From contig NC_086097.1 in assembly GCF_963921235.1 (NCBI RefSeq), positions 91,948,001 through 92,012,000 on the forward strand: 64,000 nucleotides of DNA, in the 5' to 3' direction. This DNA is from Mobula hypostoma. Its lineage: Eukaryota. The notes under the pieces were generated by a model. That model had not been told where the DNA came from, searched no databases, and saw only the letters and a list, made by a program, of their open reading frames with translations. A program made the position numbers and the translations under genes. Shown piece by piece: positions 1-12,077 of this stretch (its first letter is position 1; every line of letters begins with the position of its first letter).

Positions 1-1045
1 TCATTATGACCTTGCACATTATTGTTTACCTGCACTTTACTTCCTATCTAACTGAAACACTGGATTTGGCATTCTGTTCTTGTACTACCTCAATGTAATG
101 AATTGATGTGCATGAACAGTTAGCAAGTCAAGCTTTTCATTATATCTTGGTACATATAACAATAACAGAGTAATTTACTGACTTACTTTACATATGTCAT
201 CTCTGTCTCTCCTTCCACATTTACTGCTCAGCCTGTAGAGAGTTATCCACTCTCGTTGAGGGTCACAGAAAGTGAGGCAGAGCACCTACAATAAAGTTGA
301 AAGCTATTGCCATGGTTTAAATGTAAGTAAGTCAGAACAGGAAGCTGAGAACCCCTATTGCTAGATTGTCACAAACGCTCACTCCCTCAGTCAGTGTGTG
401 ATCCAAGCTTGTCCCATTGCAAATCATTTTACCAAAGAAGAGAAAAGCTAAGAAAAGAGTGTTTAAAATAATTCTTTTCTACTTGTAGGGTTCAGAGGCA
501 GAAATGAATTCTTCACAATTGCAGATTAGTGAGGCTAAAGATACAGAGAAACAGATAACAGCAGATATGTAAGTACAGGTGATTCAAAGGGTTGGAGGTA
601 TTGAGTTCAAATGTTACATTTTATATCAATGTTGATGTATTGCTGGTCCCAAAGATCGTTTGATCATGTAGGTAAGGAGAAAATAGTTTCTCTAGCAGGA
701 GGGTTTGTAACTGAAAGATGTATTTAAAGTAATTGAGGGAAATAGTAGACAGTAAGGGAATTAGAAAGATCTGAAATTGTCTGCCTAAAAACAGATTCTA
801 TAGTATTTTTCAAATCAGAATTGGATAAATGCTTGAAAAGGAAAATCTGCAGAACTATGGAGAAACAAGAAAGCAGGAGCATTAGGATGGCACCTAAAAG
901 AAACCAAAATGCTTGCAAGCGTTTACATATGACTCATATGGACAGGTCGGCGTTCAGCTCATTTACTCGTCTCTGCGCTGGACTGAGGATGTGGGTGCAA
1001 CTACCGAGCGCCTGGAGCAGCCGCAATGATGACTGGATTCATGGC

Positions 1046-1270
1046 TGTGGGGACTCACTTTCATGAACTTCAGTTCTGAATGTTATTTGCTTACTTCTAT
1101 TCTTTGGACAATTGGTTTTTTTCCCTGCACGTTGGGAGTCTGACAGTCTTCTTTTTTTAAGGGGTTCGATTGAGTTTCTTTGTTTTGTGGCTGCCTGTGA
1201 GGAGATGGATCTTAAGGCTGTATATAGTATAGAAACTCCGATAATGAATGCACTTTGAACTTTGAACTTA
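1046..1270 (+). mobile_element. 3' UTR fragment of a Rex1/Babar-type LINE
   Basis: Ends in a (tttgaac)n-like tail; the same 3' end recurs inverted at ~5824, ~28413 and ~53970, and at the last it is attached to a Rex1/Babar RT. Confidence 0.5.
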
Positions 1271-2122
1271 TTTTCTCTACCTTGAAGGAACAGTCGCACA
1301 ATTTTCAAATTAGCTAAATACAGAAGGAGAAACAAGAAGATCCAAAAGAAAAGGAAAGTAAGTTTAATAGAATGGTGGGGAGGATGGTGAAAGTGGTTAC
1401 TGTGGTACTGTTAAGTTATTATGTTATATTTTATATTTCCCCTTGAACAACTCTGAGTACGGCTCTGAGAAGCCCAGTATCTCAGATTTCGCATTAAAGA
1501 AAGCAGCAGAGATGTCATGTCCCTCAGTAAAAAAAAATGTAATTAATGATAAGGATTAAAACTGTTACCAGTTTAAAGAAAACAGTTGTCAGAGCTGACT
1601 TCATAGTCAGGGAGATGGGCACCTGTCTCCGTAATCATCAATATTAGTCTTACATAGTGTATTGCTTCCCTAGTGCCAGATAAAAGACATAACGTGCTGC
1701 AAAAAAAAACTAAAAAGGGGAGCAATCTAATGTCTTCAAGGTACATTGAGACATAGCAAACTTAATCCAAAGAGGTTAAAGGTTTATTTGAAAGTTGATT
1801 ACAAGCTGAGCGTTAAGCCTTTGGTCCAAACTGGATGTCCATGTACTGTAATTGCAGCATTGTTTGAGAAGCAGGTACTGCACACAATTTTACTGTCCAA
1901 TACAATGTAATATAATAACCAGTACAGACACAGAGAAAGCAATTTGTTCCATATGTAAAAATTGCACCCTGCTTCCATTTTTAAAGCAAAAGTGAAATAC
2001 AGATAATTTGTTCATTCACACGATGAACAATGAGCAAAAATGCTAAGGTAATGTTGATTTTTAGATTCTCCCTGATCGTTTTACAGTGTTTAGTGTTCAG
2101 TAGTAGGATGGTGCTGGTAATA

Positions 2123-2280
2123 TACAGTCAGTGGCCACTTTATTAGGTATGCCTGTACACCTGCTCACTAATGCAAATATCTAATAATTTAGCAGCGAGT
2201 CAATGCATAAAAGCATGTAGATGTGGTCAAAAATTGATGTTCAGACCAAACATCAGAATGGGGAAGAAATGGGAAAGTCC
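2123..2280. mobile_element. Tc1-like non-autonomous DNA transposon fragment
   Basis: TA + cagtcagtggccactttattaggta terminus; a similar terminus recurs at ~2960. Confidence 0.4.
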
Positions 2281-3164
2281 CTAACCATGGACGTTTTACT
2301 CTCCTCCCATCCGGTAGGTGCTACAGAAGCCTCCGCTCCCGCACCAGCAGGCACAGGAAGAGCTTCTTCCCTGAGGCTGTGACCCTGCTGAACCTCACAT
2401 CACAGCGTTAAGCAGTACTGCACCCATATTGTGCTGTCTCAGTACTTTTATATTTGTGTGCTGTAGCACTTACTTTTTATTCACAGTTATTTTGTAAATA
2501 ACACTACACCAGCTAAAACCACCCAAAAGACTGAATCTTTAGAACTGTGAAGTTAGTTATGAACTATTATTGTGAAAGAATGTTTATCTGGAATGTAGGT
2601 TATGAAAGGGAAATTGAATGTTCTGTACATTTACAGTTTATGTTGCATTAATCTAAAATGGGAGGAGGTGTAACGTATGGATCTATTTCTTTCAGAGCAA
2701 TGACACCTCCCCCCTTAGCATTACCTGTTGATCGGTTGTCTACACATGAGCTTTGTTCTCTCTCCCACACTGCAATGAGAATACACCAGTTAAAACCAAC
2801 TCCCACATGCATGCTTGTATTTAATTGATATGTAGTTGTGCACAGACACAACACAAATAACCATGTGTTATAACAGTAGTGCGTAGAAGAGCATCTCTGA
2901 ATGCACAACTCGCTAAACCTTGAATTGGACGGTCTACAGCAGCAGGAAACATAAACATACATTCAATGGCCACTTTATTAGGTGCAGGAGGTTTTGTGGT
3001 CAACTCACAAAACTTCGAGACACACATCTTCCGAGGGAATATCACTGCAATCTACAGCTTGTAATTTCCCTTTGAGAAACATACTTTTCAGCCATCTAAA
3101 CGAACGAGAGATTTTACAATCTGCTAAAGGGCTCTTGGTGAACTTGACGCTCAGGAATGCAGGT

Positions 3165-3940
3165 ACAGCACCCTGAAGATGGACTGGACCATGTTCAAGC
3201 ACTCATCAGAGGACCTGAATGAACACGCCTCATTGGTCATGACTTTATAAAGACAGCCGTGGATGAGTGTATCCCCACAAAATCACTCTGAGCCTTCCCC
3301 AGTCAGACACCCTGGACAAACCAGGAGACCCGCAATCTGCCGAGGGCTTGGTTACTGGTGTTCAGGAATGGTGACCCAGGAAAGTACAATAAGTGCAGGT
3401 ATGGCCTCCAGAAAGCCACTTCATATACAAAAGTGGCAATTTCAGAACAGACTTGGATCAACAGCTGTAGCAGGGGTTGAGTGCCATCACCTCCTACAAA
3501 GCAAAACCAAGCAACATAAATGATAACAAGGTTTCTCTCCCAGATGAGCTCAATACCTTTTAAGCTCAGATTGACAGAATATGTAGGCATCTTCACGAAC
3601 TCTCACAGACCCCAATAACCCTGTGATTTCAGTCTCTGAAGCCAATGTGAGAGCATCCTTCAGGAAGGTAAACCCAGAAAAACTTTTGGCCCAAACGGTG
3701 TACCTAGCCAAGTACTGAAATCTGTGCTAATCAACCAGCTGAAACGTTCACTGAGATCTTCAACTCTCGCTTTGGCAGTCTGATGCATCCACCTGCTTCA
3801 GACAGGCTTCAATCATACTGGTGCCTATGAAGAACATGGTACCCTGCCCCAATGACTATCATCCAGTAGCATTTACATCCACTGTGATTAAGTACTTTGA
3901 GAGGCTGATCGTGAAGCTTATCAACTCCTGCCTGGGGAGT
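3165..3940 (+). mobile_element. Rex1/Babar LINE ORF2 fragment (pre-RT and RT start), degraded
   Basis: Broken translation DWTMFKHSSEDLNEH...IILVPMKNMVPCPNDYHPVAFTSTVIKYFERLI. Confidence 0.75.
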
Positions 3941-4499
3941 GACTTATGATGATGAAGATGATGATGATGATGGCTGGTTCTTCCGCAGCAGTCTCGGCAA
4001 AGCATCTATTATGCCCTTCAGCATGAAATTCCTGTAATAGGTTGAAAGTCATGTTAGACTAGAAGCACTGTCTAACATTGCATCCTGAATAGGTTATACT
4101 GTTTTGGATCTAAATTGGTTTACAGTGACTTATGATCTATTAACAGAAAAAAAGGCCTACCAAGAAAAATTTATGGAGCTTCTTGATTGCAACCATGTGC
4201 ATCTTTTTTCAATTTTTGAAAAGATTTGTATGCTGTTTTGTAATGATTGTAATGAAAATTATAGGCTTCTCTTTCACAGGAATGGAACCCATTGTCTGTA
4301 TTGATGATCAAGTACTGCTGACAATCTTTGTCAATGTTCAGTCATTTGTAAGCATGGGAGAGGTACAATTTTGTGGAGACCTATAATTGTGCTAACTTTG
4401 GATGCTAATCTTACAAAGTGTGTACCAGATATAGTTGTGCCTTTGTAATCTCTTTACCATGACATTATTATAGCCACCATTGGTGTTAACCATTCAATA

Positions 4500-5420
4500 T
4501 TTTCCAACTCTCAACTTGGCTGCTATATAGGATTAGTCTGTACATGTAGTAAACCAGCTTTGTATCTAGTCTTATGCAAATATGTGCATTGTATCTGCTA
4601 GTGCCTTTGAATAAATCGAAATACTGTATATTTTCAAAAATATATCAAGCTTCCACTTTAAAGCTCAATGCTATTTTTCCAGTCTAGTTTCAGTTCCAGC
4701 CATTCATTCCCCATTAAAGTTGATCTATTTTCACAATTTGCTATTCTTGTCGTTAGCTGTACTTGCCTGTTGCACAGCACCATACACCCCATTTGCACAA
4801 ATATCTATGAGTAGAACCACACTAGAACAGCTTTTCATTTTGATGGGGCTTTCTGGTATCTGGGTGAACCTGTCAAAGTAAATGTTTTGACTTACTACCA
4901 AAAAGCCTGTGGCAGCATCAATTTTCATGTCATTGCATTGGTTGCCAGTCAACAAGTTTTCTCTAAAATCTGTTAGAATTACTGCTTGCGACATTGATAT
5001 TCAGACCCTTCTCCTGGTCTGAAGTAAATACCGTTGAGGAACTTCCTTATACTGCAGTTACTTAGAATTGTCACTGAGATTTGTTTTGTTGCTGTTCTTA
5101 AGCTTGGTTGTGCAGGCTGACGAGTACTAAATCTTTCTTTTAGCAACTGAATGTGAATAATGATGTGTGACATTTTAACAATTAGCCGGTCTTCACAACA
5201 TATACTGCAACCAGTACTGAGGTCTTTGACTTTGCTACAGCAATTGTGGACTGCACTGCGTCATCTTCTTGTGGAGGACGACATTCTCTCGGCCTTTCTA
5301 GCTCTGGCCATTGGCACGACAATTTTATCTGTGCTTGAATGTCAGATTTTGCATACTCAACAGCTTACATTGAATTTGTTTATCCATGCATGCGAATCTA
5401 CCAGTCCACATGCAAATCTA
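4500..5420 (-). mobile_element. Ancient Gypsy gag-protease remnant
   Basis: Minus-strand MKIDAATGFLVVSQNIYFDRF resembles the retropepsin (I/L)DTGA motif; downstream TLMGNEWLELKLDWKNSI parallels GDWLRQLQLDWRSI of the Gypsy at ~50.3 kb. Confidence 0.55.
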
Positions 5421-5823
5421 TCTCATAAGGTACCAAAATTATAATGAAAGGGGAAGTTCTATAATGAACCAATAACTCACTTGTCTCATCTCATTCTGCT
5501 TCAGGTTCTTTATCCCAAAAGTATAACCTTCACCTACTTGTGACACCTCTGGGAAAAAATGTGAGCTAGTTGCTGAACAAAATATTTAAATATGACAACT
5601 TTCACCTCACATTGGTGAGAAGATTATCAGTGTATCATATTACTTTGGAGGTCTCAGGATGTCTTCTCCTTCAGCCTCTGAGATATTATTTGCTTTAAAG
5701 AACATGTTCATACATTTGATATATGATAAATTTAGTTGTACATGCTTACACTCCAAATATAAACAATCAGAGTCACCATAATTGTCCAACTTTAATTCAT
5801 CATTGGCATAGCTAAATCAGTGA

Positions 5824-6320
5824 GTTCAAAGATAAGTCAAAATTTAAAGTAAATTTATTATCAAAGTACATATCTGTCACCATATACAACCCTGAGATTT
5901 ATTTTCCTGTGGGCATACTCAATAAATCCATAATAGAAAAATAACCATGATAGAATCAATGAAAGACTGCACTAAATTGGCCGCTCAACCAGTGTGCAAT
6001 ATACAACAGACAGTACAACTTTTTTAAAGGAATATTAATAATAAACAAATAAACAATAATTATCAAGAACATTTGATGAACAGTCCTTGAAAGTGAGTTT
6101 ATTGGTTGTGGGGACATTTCGGTGATGAGGCAAGTGAAATTAAGTGAAGTTATCCCTTTTGTTCAATGGTTGAGAGACCTGAACCTGGTGGTGTGAGTCC
6201 TGAGGCTTCGGTACTTTCTTCCTGATGGCAGCTGTGAAAAGAGAGCATGTCCTGGGTAGTGGGGGTCTCTGATGATAGAGAGCATGACCTGGGTGGTAGG
6301 GGTTCCTGATATGAGCTGCA
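5824..6320 (-). mobile_element. Rex1/Babar-type LINE 3' end
   Basis: aaagtaaatttattatcaaagtacat terminus shared with ~53970; HPGHAL...TRFR-like C-terminal residues. Confidence 0.55.
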
Positions 6321-6329
6321 CAGCCTGTT

Positions 6330-7180
6330 ACGATTGAGGCTAATGCTACGAGAAGACTGTTAAGTAAATAATGGCTACATGGTCTTTGAAAACTACTTGA
6401 TAAATGGATGGTTAACAAATTGAGGTTGAGGCCAATGAAATGAAGGGTTCAGAAGTAACTTGAAAGGCAGAAAAGTGGAGTGGTAAGTGATTGTTTTCGG
6501 AATGAAGAATGGTAAGTAATGGTGTTCCCTGAGGTCAGTGGGACCATGCTTTTTTGATATATATTAGTGACTTAAAGATGACTGCACAAGGAAAAAATGA
6601 TGAGACAAAGCTTAGAAATGTGTTACTTAGCAAGAAGGATAAAAATAGATTCTAAGAAGACAGAGGTAGATTGGCAGCATGGGCAGTCAAGTGCAGATAA
6701 AACTTAATACAGAGACATGAGAAGTTTTACAGCTTGACAGGTAGATTAAGAGGATGATGTGGATCAAATGGCAAAGTTCTAAAAGATTTGTGGGAACAGA
6801 GGGATTGCATTGCACATGTGCGTTAAACCTTTTGGCAGTGTGTGAAGATTGTAGAAAAGGTCTGGAAAAATTGGAGGGGTTTCAGCTCCAACATGAGCCT
6901 GGAGAGGTGATGGTTTATCTTGTGAATCAAAGAAGGGTAAGAGAGGAATTGACAATAGTATACAGATCATGACTGGTTTATTTAATATAAATTGAAGGGC
7001 ACTACTGGCACTACTAGGCAAATTAAAGCTGTGAGGTGAATATTTAGAATTGTAGGGAAAAGGTCTGAAGGGAGATGAGGAAAATCTATTCTTTACAGAG
7101 AAAGCAGAAGGAGATTGGCACTCATTAAACTGTTCTACTGGGAACCCGTAAAGTTTGAATAGGCCAAGTGGTCTCCTTCA
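6330..7180 (+). mobile_element. Old, highly degraded CR1 RT fragment
   Basis: Remnants of GVP.GSV.G..LF.IYISDL and a CR1-like 3' end. Confidence 0.5.
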
Positions 7181-7189
7181 GTGTCTTAT

Positions 7190-9423
7190 ACTATAAGATC
7201 ATTAGACCATAAGGAATAGAAGCAGAATTAGGCCATTTGGCCCATTGAGTCTGCTCCACCATTTCATCATGGCTGATCCAATTTTCCTCTCAGCCCCAAT
7301 CTCCTCCTTTCTCCCGGTATCCCTTCATGCCCTGACCAATCAAGAATCTATCAACCTCTGCCTAAAATATATGGGAAGACTGGGCCTTCACGGCTGCCTG
7401 TGGCAAAGAATTCCACAGATTCACCACCCTCTGGCTAACTCCATTCTAAAAGGACACCCCTCTTGTCTGGGACTGTGTCCTCTGCTCTTAGACTCTCCCA
7501 CCATAGAAACATCCTCTCCACATCCACTCTATCAAGGCCTTTCACCATTCGATAGGTTTTGATGAGGTTACCCCTCATTCTTCTGAATTCAAGTGAATAC
7601 AGGCTCAGAGCCATCAGATGCTCTTCACATGACAAGCCATTCAATCCTGGAATCATTGTTGTGAAACTCCCTTGAACCCTCTTCAGTTTCAGCGCTTCCT
7701 TTCTGAGATAAGGGGCCCAAACTTGTTCACAGTACTCCAAGTGAGGCCTCACCAGTGCTTTATAAAATCTCAACATTACATCTTTGCTTTTATATTCTAG
7801 TCCTCTTGAAAGGAATGCTAACATCACATTTACCTTCCTCACCAAGACTCAGCCTGCAAATTAACCTTTAGGGAATCCTGCACGAGGACTCCCAAGTCCC
7901 TCTGTATCTCTGTTTTATGTATTTTCTCTCCAATTAGAAAACAGTTAACCCTTTCATTTCTTCTACCAAAGTGCATGATCATACTCTTCCCAGCACTCTA
8001 TTCCATCTGCCATTTCTTTGGCCATTCTCCTAATCTGTCTGTCCTTCTGTAGCCTCTGTACTTCTTCAAAACTACCTGCCCCTCCATGTATCTTCATATT
8101 GTCTGCAAACCCTGCAACAAAGCCATCAATTCCATCATCTGTCATTGACATATAACGTAAAAAGAATTGGTCCCAACAAACTAGTCACTGGCAACCAGTC
8201 AGGAAAGGCTCCCTTCATTCCCACTCTTTGCCTCCTGCCAATCAGCCACTGCTTTATCCATGCTAGAATCTTTCCTGTAATACCATGGGCTCGTGTGTAG
8301 CACCTTGTCAAAGAACTGAAAATTGAAGTACACAACATCAACTGATTCTCCCTTGTCTATCCTGCTTAGTACTTATTTTAAAAATTCCAACAGATTTGTC
8401 AGGCAAGATTTTCCTTTGAGGAAACCACGCTGACTATGGTTTATTTTATCATATGGCTCCAAGTACCCTGAGAATTCATCCTTAATAACTTCAACATCTT
8501 CCTGAGGTCAGACTAACTGGCTTATTGTTTCCTTTCTTCTGTCTTCTTGAAGAGTGGAGTCACATTTGCAATTTTTCAGTCTTCTGGAACCATTCCAGAA
8601 TCTAGTGATTCTTGAAAGATCATTATTATTGCCTCCATGATCTCTTCAGCTACCTCTTTCAGAACTCTGGGGTGTACAATATCTGATCCAGGTGACTTAT
8701 CTACCTTCAGACCTTTCATTTTCCCAAGAACCTTCTCTCTAGTTATGGTAACTTCACACATTTCATGCCCCCTGACACCTGGAACTTCCAAAAATACTGC
8801 TAGTGTCTTCCACAGTGAAGAACGATGCAAACTACTTCTTCCGTTCATCCGCTATTTCATTGTACTTCATTACTACCTCTCTAGCATCGTTTTCTAGCAG
8901 TCCGATATCCACTCTCACCTCTCTTTTACACTTTATGTATCTAAAGAAACTTCTGGTATCCTCTTTAATATTATTGACTAGCTTACTTTTGTATTCCATC
9001 TTTACCTTCTTAATGACTTTCTAGTTGCCTTCTGTTGGTTTTTAAAATCCTCCCAATCCTCTAACTTCCCACTAATCTTTTTCTCTCTTTGGGTTTTATG
9101 TTGACTTTGGTCTCTCTTGTTATCCATGGTTGTGTCATCTTTCCTTTAGAATACTTTTTCCTCTTTGGGATGTATATATCCTGTGCCTTCCAAACTGCTT
9201 TCAGAAATTCCAGCTGTTGCTGCTCTGCCATCATACCTGCCAGTGTTCTTTTCCAATCAGTTCTGACCAATTCCTCTTTCATGCCTCTGTAATTCCCTTT
9301 ACTCCACCGTAATACTGATACAACTGACTTTAGCTTCTCCTTCTCAAACATCAGGGCGGCTTCAATCATATTATGATCATTTTCCCTTAAGGGTTCTTTT
9401 ACCTTAAGCTCTCTTATCATTTC
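7190..9423 (-). mobile_element. CR1 LINE, 5'-truncated ORF2 (RT) with 3' tail
   Basis: Minus ORFs with KVDKSPGSDIVHPRVLKE, FVAGFADNMKI and YKALVRPHLEYC; short-repeat tail at ~7190-7213. Confidence 0.95.
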
Positions 9424-9899
9424 TGTGAATTCATATGCATATTTTAATTTACTAGAAACCCAATTGATGGTACAGTATTTTAGTAAATGTACAGATTATG
9501 AGAATGGATAGTAAGCTGGGTATTCTCTACAGAATTTGAATTAGAGTGTAGTCCCTTACTTACAAAGGAGTACTGGTTGAATGAAATTTAAAGATGATTC
9601 ATATTTCATAGCAGTGTGTAGAAATCTAAAGTGAATATAGCAGCATAGTGGTTAAGAAAAGAAAGTTGCTCACTGTTGTAATACTTATTGTTTTTTAATA
9701 AATATGTTCTCCGCATACGAAGTCTCGGTGTCCTTGTATTGATAAGTATAGAAGGATAGAGGTTTGCCCTCACATAAGTGCTGAAGTGTGTAATGCATCC
9801 ACTTCTAAAGTTCTGAAGTTCACTTAAGATGTGTTTCAGAGAATTTAAAAAATATTAGCCAGCCTTTTTCTTATATAGACAATTCACAGATCAAATCTT

Positions 9900-10450
9900 C
9901 AAAGACAAAATACTGGGGATGTTGGAAATCTGAACTGCAGGTGGAAAATATTCCAAATATTGGTAGTGTTTGTGGAGTGTTAACCTTTCAGTGAGTGATC
10001 CTTCATCAGAAATGGCAAGAGGTGGAGATTTAAATACAGAGAAAGGAAGGAAAAAGAGAAGGAAAAGGTCCCTGATAATGCAAAAGGGATTAAATGACAA
10101 AGATGGTGATAGTGAAAATTAACGGAAATCAAGATCAAGTGCAATTGCAAATAACTACCTGAAAATACTGGAGTGATGAACTAAAATTCCAGAAACTTTG
10201 ATTACTTGGAATTGATTAACTCCTTATTGAATCTAGGAGGCTCTAATATGTCCAGTCAGAAGGTGAGGTGTTATCCTCAAACTACCTTCAGCTTTATTAG
10301 GAGAAGTGTTAGAATCCAAAGACCAAGAGGTGAGAATATGAACGGGACAGAGAGGCAAGGTGACAGGCAACTGGAAACTCAGTGCCTAGCTTTCAGTCTG
10401 AACAGGGGTGCTCTGCAAATCCCTAACTGAATCTGCATTTAGCTTATGGA
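9900..10450 (-). mobile_element. Old Penelope-like element fragment
   Basis: Degenerate terminal motif (ISDEGSLTER on minus) with layout similar to the younger Penelope copies. Confidence 0.4.
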
Positions 10451-12077
10451 TGAGATCATTTATTGAGTAAAAAATGCTATCTGCTAAACTTCAGAAGGGG
10501 GTAAAAGGAAATATATTCTTTCATGAGAAATGGAGATTAAAGAGAGAACCAGTGTCCCAATAGATTTGATGGATGGGTGGGTGTTTGTAAGTGCCAAAGA
10601 TTAGTCTGCTGGTGACAGTACATTGAAAGTATCAGAAATTACTAAGGATAATAGTTGAATGAGGTAAAAAAAGTGAAAGAACAACAGGAAATTTCTCCTG
10701 GTTCTGGGGATGGAGAAGGTGAGACCAGAAGCATATATAATGAAATGAATCAACCTCATCAAATTTTCTATTGTTGTTGCCGCTGAACATTGTGGGCATG
10801 CTATGTTGGCGCCAGAATGAGTGGCATCACGTGCAGGCTGCCCCCGGCACATCCTTGGGTGTATTGATTTTTAACGCAAATGGCACATTTCGCTGTATGG
10901 TTTGATGTATCTGTGATAAATAAATCTGAAATAACGAGTAGGTAATAGAATAACCTCCTCTGTACTGTCTATTAAGTAGTTGTCCTCGATCATCTTCATT
11001 CCATTGTGAAAACCAGACATCACCTTTGTACTGTATCATCTACTAAAATCACTTTTGTTATCCTTGCTGGATAGGTATCCTGCTGGGGATGAAGATGCTG
11101 CCTGATATCTGCTGGATCCTGTGTTATGTCGGCCCAGTTAACAGCTGATCAACTATATGTCATTTGCTCTATACAGCAAGAACACTGTGGTTACTAATTT
11201 GCTTAAATTTATAACTAACTAGCTAAAGAATCATTCTAAAAAAGTGATATTGAAAACAATAAATCAAAAATGATACTTAAGAGGTTTAGTGTCTCTAACT
11301 GACTACTGTTCAAAACAGGGGCACAAATGCCTAATTGTTTACCATTTTATCATTCTGACAAAGGCTCTCAAATCTAGAACATTAACTCTGTTTCACTTTC
11401 CTCAGATGTCATCTGACCTGCTGAATGTTTCCAGTGTTTTCTGCTATTCTAGGTTTCCAGCATTTACCATTTTTGGTGTGCTAAACAGGTAGTGTGTGTA
11501 ATGCTGGGGCCCAAACAGGTGAGATCCAAACCTGCAAAAAATTAGGTAATTTGAGAGAAAAAAAATCTAGTACCAAAACCACCAGGGTAGCTTTTACCCA
11601 GCATACAGCAATAAAACATTTCCAGTGTGATTGCCAGTGTCAGTTACTTGCTAAGCTTGTAGTTGCTATGTCATTGCCGTGAACGACTACAGGCAAGTGA
11701 GTCGGATCTTAAAAAACTCTCACCATGGGAGTCACAAAACAAAAGCATAACTTGCTGCCATGGAGATGAGAGAAAATGGAAAGAGAGGATGAGAGAAAAT
11801 GAAACTTGGTTTTCTCCTATGTTGGGAAACCACACCCTCACCCAACCTTTAAAATGATCGCATTTAGTACAAATCTAGCATGCAACATACAGGTATATGC
11901 AATTTTTAGGCAATAGGGTATTTCATTACCAAGTAGGCACTGGTTAGCTGGTTAGTTGGTTGGCATCCATCAGTCCCGAAGGACAATGGGTGATGATTAT
12001 CACTATCACAAGCCTGGGTGGAAGGTATGGAGATCATGAGATGCCTTCTGGGCCACAGGAAAGCTTATGAAGCAATA

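Noticed and set aside
4183..4386. Plus-strand GEVQFCGDL / CIDDQVLL as inverted Gypsy RT motifs
   Set aside because: Motifs are short, in the wrong order and on the opposite strand to the gag-protease remnant; could be chance.
11660..11860. Possible exon (ORF ...HGDERKWKERMRENE)
   Set aside because: No recognisable homology or convincing splice signals.
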